Source: an uncultured candidate division Zixibacteria bacterium (GTDB lineage: Bacteria; Zixibacteria; MSB-5A5; GN15; FEB-12). From it: a DNA stretch of 64,000 nucleotides. The notes under the pieces were generated by a model. That model saw only the letters and a program-made list of their open reading frames with translations, did no database searches and was not told where the DNA came from. The stretch spans positions 2,464,001-2,528,000 of the forward strand of contig OY760907.1 of assembly GCA_963664195.1 (NCBI GenBank), given 5' to 3'. Positions 29,294-36,793 of the stretch are shown here, in pieces; the stretch's first letter is position 1, and each line of letters opens with the position of its first letter. The translations under genes were made by a program, and so were the position numbers.

Positions 29294-31627
29294 CTAAATC
29301 TGGAACAGGTACTGCAGTTTCATGAAGAACTGACGTGAACCCAGGCGGCGCGAATCGCTGAAGCGGAAGCCATCTGGATCATACGCCGCGTAGTTCTCGT
29401 CGAAGAAACCGGAGGGTTTCTGGTAGTTATAGGTTGATCCGACGTAAAAGATCGAAAACGCGTTGAGCTTGTATGTGACAAGCGGGTCAATGGACCAGGA
29501 TTCAGCACCGTCATTGTATTCCGCCACCAGCCTGAGAGACAGGTTTCGCGTGGCCTGGAAGTTGAGACGGTTTCTGTATATATACGTTTCCCACAATTCA
29601 AAGCCGCTATCAAGATGATTCGATTTTGAGTAGTTGAGATTTTGCTCAATGAGTACGCGGTCAATCGGCTTGATATCAAGAGATAGGCCGATGTCCCTCA
29701 TTTTTCCCATGGTGACGTACTCGGCGGCGATCCAGTTGCCGAAATTCACTTCGGCTTGTACAGCTACGGCACTGTTCAGTCGCGCAAAGACCGATTGATA
29801 GACGCTCCAAACGTCTTCGAAGTCTATCCCCCGGAAATTCCTGGACCTGCGTGCGTACTGGGTGAACGTGGATAGTTGTCCTACCTTCAGGCTAGTGTTG
29901 AGGTTAAGCTGGACGTATCTGTTCTTCTCCATACCGGTGAAGCTCCAGACGCCTCCGATGTCTGCCCCGGCAGCGATAGACTCAAACAGGTTGCTTTCGG
30001 GATAGAACCTTCGCGTGGCCGAAATTGTGAGGTCTCTTCGATTGTTCTTCGGGTCGTAGCCGTTATCGGCACGGTAGGTCGGACTGACCTGCCAGTAATT
30101 GACGACTCCTGACCAGTTTCGTGTGTTGTAGCCGAGAACGGCGACGCCGCCGGTACCCCAGTAAGACTCACCGTCGAAACCCATGGTGTGTTCGTCGTTG
30201 TGACCGAAACGTTCGCCGTTCAGACCGTAAGTTGTGGAATCGTCCGGTTCGTCGGTGTGACTCAAAACCGCCTGATAGGCCAGACTAAGACTGCGGGTGA
30301 ACTGGAGTCGACCATCGGTTGCCAGCACCGATCCTGAACCGTCCCCCTCAAGCCGTCTGTCAGTGGCAATCACCCCGACCTGCGAGCCACGACCGATGGA
30401 TTGCCTCACGCGGAATACATTCGTTGTGCTCTTCTCTCCGAGCCACTGCACGCTGAACTCCTCCGAGGGAATCATGATTGGCGTGTTCTCATCCCTGGCC
30501 ACCAGATAGCCGATGCTGGTTTTCCCCTTGCGGATGGTCATCTTGCCAGCGAATTCCGGGTTGTTGATTGTCCGCGTATAGAACGAGTTGAAGAGTGTGC
30601 GGAAGAGATCGGCTCCCTCCTGGAAGAACGGCCGTCGCTCCGGATAGAACAAAGCGAACTGGGAATTGACATCAATCTGTCCGGCGTCTGCCTCAACTTG
30701 ACTGAAGTCCGGATTGTACGTGCCCTCAAAAGTAATGTCCGAAGTCAGTGAGTACTTGCCCCCCAGAGACAACTCGCCTTTACCGTCGTCGTTGTCAAAA
30801 CTGAACGGGTATTTTGATAAACCACCAACGCTGTCAGACTTCACCAATCCTCCGCTCTGAAAACCCACTACCGTCGGCATGATTTCGATGCCTCTGCCCG
30901 GATGTACACCCTCAATACCGGTCACCGTGCCCCAGCGGCACGGCCAGCACGCTTCGTTACGATCGTAGGCTGCCCAGGAGTATGATCTCTGAGCCTCGCG
31001 TGGGTGATTGCGGTAGAAATCTACGCGCCACTCCTGTTGTGCCTGATTTGGGAACCGGAGCGCCGAAAACGGGATCGCCATCTCGACCTGGTAGCCGGAG
31101 TCGGTGATTGCTGCCGCCGACTCCCAGATCAAGTCGAATCCGCCGTCTTCACCCGTGTTCGGACTCCACATTGCGTCGGCTTGGATGCCGTACGGATTGA
31201 CATTAAACGAGTAGGCCCAGGCCGCGTCGCCGTATGTATCCAGGAGCAGCACTACGTTGTCGTCATTAAATATCCGCTCGCGCTCTGTCATTGAGGCGCG
31301 AATGGTCGCCGGGTCGTCGTAGCAAACGAACGATACGTACAGGTTATTGTCATCGTAGGTCATGCGGGCAAACGTCTGCACCGGCGGCTCGACCTGATCG
31401 CCCGGATTGTGCTCGGCGAAATTGTCCGCGCGGGGGAGACCGCGCCAGCCCGGATCACCGAGTTGACCGTCGATATGAATCTTGCCTGCCGTCTTGGTGA
31501 TCTTCATCTCCGGATGATAAACCGGCGTAAAAGCAGCAACCGTCGTCGCAAACGCCAGAATCAGGCAAGCAAGTATCAGCGTTTTCAGTGCCCGCGAGAC
31601 AGGCAGCTTGTTATCTCTTGTTGTCAT
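29294..31627 (-). CDS. DUF5916 / CBM9-like outer-membrane protein, paralogue 1
   Basis: IDGQL, EMAIPFSALRF, NPDFSQVEAD, LFYPERRPFFQEG; C-terminal FMKLQYLFQI. Confidence 0.85.
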   Translation of the reverse strand: MTTRDNKLPVSRALKTLILACLILAFATTVAAFTPVYHPEMKITKTAGKIHIDGQLGDPGWRGLPRADNFAEHNPGDQVEPPVQTFARMTYDDNNLYVSFVCYDDPATIRASMTERERIFNDDNVVLLLDTYGDAAWAYSFNVNPYGIQADAMWSPNTGEDGGFDLIWESAAAITDSGYQVEMAIPFSALRFPNQAQQEWRVDFYRNHPREAQRSYSWAAYDRNEACWPCRWGTVTGIEGVHPGRGIEIMPTVVGFQSGGLVKSDSVGGLSKYPFSFDNDDGKGELSLGGKYSLTSDITFEGTYNPDFSQVEADAGQIDVNSQFALFYPERRPFFQEGADLFRTLFNSFYTRTINNPEFAGKMTIRKGKTSIGYLVARDENTPIMIPSEEFSVQWLGEKSTTNVFRVRQSIGRGSQVGVIATDRRLEGDGSGSVLATDGRLQFTRSLSLAYQAVLSHTDEPDDSTTYGLNGERFGHNDEHTMGFDGESYWGTGGVAVLGYNTRNWSGVVNYWQVSPTYRADNGYDPKNNRRDLTISATRRFYPESNLFESIAAGADIGGVWSFTGMEKNRYVQLNLNTSLKVGQLSTFTQYARRSRNFRGIDFEDVWSVYQSVFARLNSAVAVQAEVNFGNWIAAEYVTMGKMRDIGLSLDIKPIDRVLIEQNLNYSKSNHLDSGFELWETYIYRNRLNFQATRNLSLRLVAEYNDGAESWSIDPLVTYKLNAFSIFYVGSTYNYQKPSGFFDENYAAYDPDGFRFSDSRRLGSRQFFMKLQYLFQI

Positions 31628-31676
31628 AGCATACTTTCCTTTCAGCATATCTGAAATCCCCTTCCAAAATTCTCTT

Positions 31677-34220
31677 CTATAGATTTAGCCAATAGCTTGT
31701 TTTAATGAGGAACGTGTTGTAACCGCCGCCGGAGAACAGTCGGTCGAAATCTCGCGACAGGTCGAGATCGCCGACACTGTCGTCGAACTCCGGTCGCGAA
31801 CGAGTCCACACGAGGTACAGCGTGCTCCCCGGATCGTATTCCCAGCGTATCAGCAGCGTGGAGTTCAGCGAGGAATAGTTGTAGTCGTAGCTATCCCGGC
31901 TGGAAACCGGATACACGTAGCTGTTCTCTCCCTGATAGTGACGATGGTTGCTGTAATTCAGCCCCGATATGAGTCCTTCGGCCGATAGCTGAATCGACAG
32001 ATTGCGGTCGATAACAATACTCGCCGAGGCGTCCACGGTCACATGGTCCCGATCCAGATCCGCGAACAGGGAAGAGGAATTGACCTCGATCGAATCCGCA
32101 CCGACCAACACCGTGTCGGAGTCGTAGTTCTCCACCCAGCGAGTCCCCTTGAAGAACCGCTTGTAGTTTACCCCCAATTCGAATTCCATATTGCTCCTGG
32201 GCCGATACTCCAGGCCCGTATAGTGCGCCCACCAGGAGCCCCCGCGATCTGAACCGCTACCCGGATTCAACACCAGGGATACCTTCTTCCGACCGTCTGT
32301 TGCCAAGTTGGCCCACCAACTGAAAGTCGGGCACTCAGGCCAGATCCAGAGACCGTTGCCGCGGGTTTCGAGGTCGCTGTATTTCTCACCCTGGACGTTG
32401 AACCCTCCCCCCAGCGACCAGAAGTTGGTGAAGTCAATATACGTGTTGAAACTGCCGCCCAGGCTGTAGTTGACGCCGTCGTAGTTCCAATCGGACCAGA
32501 GATTGAGGTCGTTCCAACTGTTGCGAACTATCCACCAGTCGTCGTTGGTCCGGTATTGGAGCCAGCCGTAAGCACTACGACTGTCGTTCCGGCTGTTGTA
32601 TCCCAGATGGTTTATGTTCAAGTCGCGATTCTTGAGCGTGAACCCGAAACAACCGCGCACGTGCTCGCCTGCATCCTTGCCCAGGGTGAGGTCGAACCCG
32701 TATCCCATTTCTTCAGGGTCGATCCGGCTGAAAACTGCCTGTCCACGGGCGTACCATTTGCCGTCGTTAGTATACAGCCGCCAGTCAAGACCGCCGGTCA
32801 CTGCTGGATTTCGGCCCTCGCGGCTCGCCAGAGTGAGCATTGTGCCGACAAATGAATTTCTGAACAACTCCTGCTTCAAGCGAATGATCGTGTAGTTTGC
32901 CTTTGGCTCTACCACGCCCGTTCGATACACCGTGTCGATTGATACCGTGTCGATAGCAAGCGAATCACCGATCATCGTACTGTCAGCGACCAGATTCGTG
33001 AGGGCGCCGTAGTCGGCGCTTTCCTCCTGCGTAACTGCCGTGAGGAGTGCTATCGACGTTCGCGCGGCCAGTTTGCCGGTGAGCTTGGCAGCTCCCAGGA
33101 TAGTCGTGTTCTTGGGGTAGTCCGTGTAGAAATCGGCCTCGTCATCGTCGACATCGGCATCTGGACTGCGACCAATTCTTCGGCTATAGAACATGGTGAA
33201 CTCGGAGTGGAACAGATCGGCCCCCTCCACGAAAAACGGTCGACGTTCCGGGAAGAATGTCTCGTACGTCGACAGGTTCAACACCGGTGCGTCGAGTTCC
33301 ACCTGTCCGAAATCAGGGTTGATTGTGGCATCGAGAATCAGGTCTGAGGACAGCGCGTACTTGATGTCAAACCCGGCGTTGCCCATGTAGTCGCGACCGT
33401 CCGGGTTGCCGGCGGTTTTTGGCGAGGTCTCGGCGCTGGAAACGACGTACGGCAGCATTTCTAAGTGTTTCGCGGGTGCGATACCCTCAATGCCGGTCAG
33501 GTGCCCGAAGTTCGACGTGAAGCCACCCTCCGACTGAGGGGTGAATGCCCAGCGAACACCTTCATCTTTACGGTTGATGACGCGGGCAAAGTCGACCCCC
33601 CAGACGTGAGTGTCGTTTTCGGCAAACCGAAGACAATGGAACGGGATGCGCATCTCCGCCGACCATCCCCACGGTTGCATCTTGACCGCGCCGTCCCAGA
33701 CGGCGTCCCATGAGTCATCGGTATTGTTGTCGTTGTAAATGCGGTCGTCACTTAACACTCCCGCCGCGGATATCTCGAAATTGAAGCCGCTCTGGTGGTC
33801 GTGGAAGGGGTCAACTCGGAAAGCAACTCGATCCGACTGCGCCCCCCGATCACGCCGGACCAACTGCCGTTGAATTAACTCCGGTTCGGAATCGTAGCAC
33901 CAGAATGCGACGTACAGAGCGTCGTCATCGTACACTATTGCGACCAGAGTCGACTCTGTCGCCGCCTGACCTTCGTCAGGGTCGCGTTGTCTGAAATTTC
34001 TCGCAAAATCGAGTTTTGCGCCGTTCCAGATTTCGTCGTTGAGGTTTCCGTCGATGGTCGGCGCGTGGGGATTGACACGAGTAGCCCTGATCTCAGGGAC
34101 GACTCTTGCCTCAGGTTCAGATTCCTGTGCCATGAGCGCACTTGCCGAAAACAGAATCAGCAGGACACAGCAGCAGCCAGTTAGTAATCTCACGCAGGCA
34201 CTCCTTCTCGCTCGTTGCAC
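31677..34220 (-). CDS. DUF5916 / CBM9-like outer-membrane protein, paralogue 2
   Basis: IDGNL, EMRIPFHCLRF, NPDFGQVELD, FFPERRPFFVEG, FYSRRIG; C-terminal LIKTSYWLNL. Confidence 0.85.
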   Translation of the reverse strand: MQRARRSACVRLLTGCCCVLLILFSASALMAQESEPEARVVPEIRATRVNPHAPTIDGNLNDEIWNGAKLDFARNFRQRDPDEGQAATESTLVAIVYDDDALYVAFWCYDSEPELIQRQLVRRDRGAQSDRVAFRVDPFHDHQSGFNFEISAAGVLSDDRIYNDNNTDDSWDAVWDGAVKMQPWGWSAEMRIPFHCLRFAENDTHVWGVDFARVINRKDEGVRWAFTPQSEGGFTSNFGHLTGIEGIAPAKHLEMLPYVVSSAETSPKTAGNPDGRDYMGNAGFDIKYALSSDLILDATINPDFGQVELDAPVLNLSTYETFFPERRPFFVEGADLFHSEFTMFYSRRIGRSPDADVDDDEADFYTDYPKNTTILGAAKLTGKLAARTSIALLTAVTQEESADYGALTNLVADSTMIGDSLAIDTVSIDTVYRTGVVEPKANYTIIRLKQELFRNSFVGTMLTLASREGRNPAVTGGLDWRLYTNDGKWYARGQAVFSRIDPEEMGYGFDLTLGKDAGEHVRGCFGFTLKNRDLNINHLGYNSRNDSRSAYGWLQYRTNDDWWIVRNSWNDLNLWSDWNYDGVNYSLGGSFNTYIDFTNFWSLGGGFNVQGEKYSDLETRGNGLWIWPECPTFSWWANLATDGRKKVSLVLNPGSGSDRGGSWWAHYTGLEYRPRSNMEFELGVNYKRFFKGTRWVENYDSDTVLVGADSIEVNSSSLFADLDRDHVTVDASASIVIDRNLSIQLSAEGLISGLNYSNHRHYQGENSYVYPVSSRDSYDYNYSSLNSTLLIRWEYDPGSTLYLVWTRSRPEFDDSVGDLDLSRDFDRLFSGGGYNTFLIKTSYWLNL

Positions 34221-34290
34221 CGGTCTGGCGACCGGCCTCTCCCGTTTGTTTTCCCTTGACCCTGGTGACGCAATGCCTGCGTTGTTATCT

Positions 34291-34318
34291 TTGGACGTAT
34301 TTTCCAGACAAAGGTTGC
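34291..34318 (-). promoter_or_regulatory. Candidate ECF-sigma promoter
   Basis: GCAACCTT-N13-CGTCCAA; same motif and spacing as 49005-49032. Confidence 0.55.
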
Positions 34319-34383
34319 GGGAAAAGTCCTTGATCTATCCTGATTGGAACTTGTTGCCGGCGAATAGTGATACTCGCGGACGT

Positions 34384-34418
34384 GAAAAAGCCCCCTGCGT
34401 GCGCAGAGGGCTTTCTTC
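34384..34418 (-). terminator. Intrinsic terminator
   Basis: Minus-strand AAAGCCCTCTGCG..CGCAGGGGGCTTTTT. Confidence 0.7.
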
Positions 34419-34470
34419 GGATTATTCTACAGAACCTCTCAGGCTGAGGTCCGAATGTGGGCAGCCGGTC

Positions 34471-34698
34471 TTACCAGCGTTTTCCTCTCAACCTGTTACC
34501 CAGGTGTTTTGAGATCACGTCGTACATGCCATGTGGCCAGGCCGGCGGGTTCTTGAGAATGAAATAGCGGTCCCAATTCGGCACATCCGAGAGGTCCTTC
34601 TCAATAGCCGTGAAGACTGATATGGGGATCTCCGCCAAAAACCGTACCCGTCCCGGGCGGACATCGATGTCTGATTCTACGGAGTTTTGATACGTCAT
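34471..34698 (-). CDS. Small hypothetical protein (75 aa), candidate sigma54-dependent gene
   Basis: MTYQNSVES...GKRW; AGGA upstream; flanked by a sigma54-like box and a terminator. Confidence 0.55.
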   Translation of the reverse strand: MTYQNSVESDIDVRPGRVRFLAEIPISVFTAIEKDLSDVPNWDRYFILKNPPAWPHGMYDVISKHLGNRLRGKRW

Positions 34699-34742
34699 AA
34701 TACTATCCTGCCTGATTTTGGATGTTTCGTATTCAGGAGATT

Positions 34743-34759
34743 CGCAACTCGCATGCCAG
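34743..34759 (-). promoter_or_regulatory. Sigma54 -24/-12 promoter
   Basis: CTGGCATGCGAGTTGCG, i.e. GG-N10-GC, matching TGGCAC-N5-TTGC. Confidence 0.6.
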
Positions 34760-35622
34760 AACCGATCAGACCGGATCTCTTTCCCTTGAAGCCTGCTATT
34801 TAAGCGATTTACAGGGAGTTGAGCCACGTCGGGATTGGATTCGGGAGCTGCCTTCTCTTTGGCAGGCGCAACAGCTTGCACACTGTGGTCAGCATTATGC
34901 TGCAATCCGGTGGTATCTGTCAGTAACGGATTGCGACTATCTTCTGAATCTTCATTGGAGAACCATCGTCTGGTCCAAATGCTCATAAGCCCGGCCCTTG
35001 AGAATCGATACTCGATGACAATACTACGCGATACTGGTTTCATCGGACATTAACCGACAATCTGCACTCCCATCTTGGTTTTGACACCCGTTTCAAGCCA
35101 CATACTCGCCCAGAGTCGTCTGATGCCGGGATTGTGTTTGATCCGTGTGGGGCCGGACTGAGAACTCACACAGGAAGACTGAACAGGTCTTCGGCGGGGA
35201 AGAAGATCGCGACGCAAAACGAAAGAGGTACCGAGATGGTACCCCTTCGAAACTGTTGGCTGCGATGTCGGAGGGTGATGAGTCAGTCTCTTCGGAGGAG
35301 CTCCCCCCAGGCTCCCGCGATACCTTACTAATTCGGCGATACGATCCGGCACTTAATCACTCGCCAGATTGCTTCCGTCACGAGCTGGCAAAAGATGGAC
35401 TCATGCCCAAGGATTCACCAACAATACGAATGCGTGCGATCCCGAGACGGGTCTCAGCCTGAGACCGTTTCTGACGATATTGTCTGCGACGACCCGAAAA
35501 ACGCCCAAACTGCCCCCCGAATACCCCTTCAAATGCCGATTACAGGACAAAAGCGCACGATTCCTGTGTCTCCTCCCGGATTACTCAACCCGCCTCGCAC
35601 AGGACCGCGAACGGAAGAGGCA

Positions 35623-36723
35623 ATGAGCACACCCGAGAACAAAAACGGTCATCGTATGAAGGGAGATAAACGAGCCAAAACGAGCCCGCCGGATATGCGG
35701 CCGATCATTGCTCTGCCTCCAATGATCTGGAGCCTTGCGATTGTAGCGTCTCTTGTGTGGAACCTGTTTTCGGTCGATTCCTCGTTCCGTGATTTGGCCT
35801 ACTCGGGCGTATCACCGTTGATCCTCGGTCACGGCCTCCTGTGGCTGCTCGGTTTGGTTGGTCTGGATGCGGGCATCCGTTTCGTTACCAACCGCGTGAA
35901 CCTGCAGCGACTCGCCGAGACAGATCTCGCCGCACACAGCCACAAACTCGAATCGCTCAATACCGCCCTGGCCGCCAAACAACGGGAGTTGGAAGAGTTT
36001 GTTTTCATGACCTCCCACGACCTCAAATCCCCGTTGATATGCATTCAGGGGTTTGCGGACATTCTCAGGCGTGAGGCCGCGGACACGCTCGACGACGAAT
36101 CACTCAGGTACCTTGATCGGATCATTGCCAACGGTGACACGATGGCGTCGTTGTTGACAGACATCCACGACTTCTTCCGCGCCGGTCAGATAGAAGAGCC
36201 GTTCGAAACGGTGGACATGCAGGGGCTGATCGAAGATGTGTTCTCCAATTACGACCCGATTACAGAGAAGAGGGGGATCGCCTTGGTATGCACGTTGACT
36301 CTCCCGGCGGTTCACGGTTCCCGACGACGTCTCCACGAAGTCTTGACGAACCTGATCGACAACGCGGTGAAATACATGCCCGACAAGCCGGGCGCGCGAA
36401 TCGAAGTTGGGTACGAACCCTCGCACGACAATTCAGGTGGCAAACCCGGTGCTTTTTTCGTGCGTGACAACGGACGGGGGATACCGCCGCAGTTCCAGGC
36501 GAAAGTGTTTGATATGTTCCAACGGGTTGGAGTCGATGATGCCGGTGTCGACGACGGCGGCATCGAAGGTTCCGGCGTTGGACTGGCGATTGTAAAGCGA
36601 ATCATCGAAACCCACGGCGGCACGATACATCTGGAATCCCAGCCCGCCCACGGCACAACGTTCTTCTTCACGCTGCCGTTGGCGAAGGTGGAAGTGCATT
36701 GGGAAGCGGCAGCGATGGAGTGA
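35623..36723 (+). CDS. Two-TM histidine kinase with almost no extracytoplasmic loop
   Basis: H-box ELEEFVFMTSHDLKSPL, NLIDNAVKY, DNGRGI, GSGVGL; GAAGAGG upstream of ATG. Confidence 0.85.
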   Translation: MSTPENKNGHRMKGDKRAKTSPPDMRPIIALPPMIWSLAIVASLVWNLFSVDSSFRDLAYSGVSPLILGHGLLWLLGLVGLDAGIRFVTNRVNLQRLAETDLAAHSHKLESLNTALAAKQRELEEFVFMTSHDLKSPLICIQGFADILRREAADTLDDESLRYLDRIIANGDTMASLLTDIHDFFRAGQIEEPFETVDMQGLIEDVFSNYDPITEKRGIALVCTLTLPAVHGSRRRLHEVLTNLIDNAVKYMPDKPGARIEVGYEPSHDNSGGKPGAFFVRDNGRGIPPQFQAKVFDMFQRVGVDDAGVDDGGIEGSGVGLAIVKRIIETHGGTIHLESQPAHGTTFFFTLPLAKVEVHWEAAAME

Positions 36724-36793
36724 GTAAGGGACATACCGTTCGACAAACCGTCAACTCAGCAATTCGGGCGCATCGAACTCACAGGATTGCTAT

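Noticed and set aside
35170..35310. c-di-GMP-I riboswitch suggested by GACGCAAAAC and nearby hairpins
   Set aside because: The upstream GGCAAA stem with GNRA tetraloop and the receptor helix are missing; an Rfam cmscan would settle it.
34699..35622. N-terminal extensions of ORFs 34471-35043 and 35395-36723, and other ORFs in this gap
   Set aside because: Downstream starts have better RBS or promoter context, and the extensions read like translated intergenic DNA.
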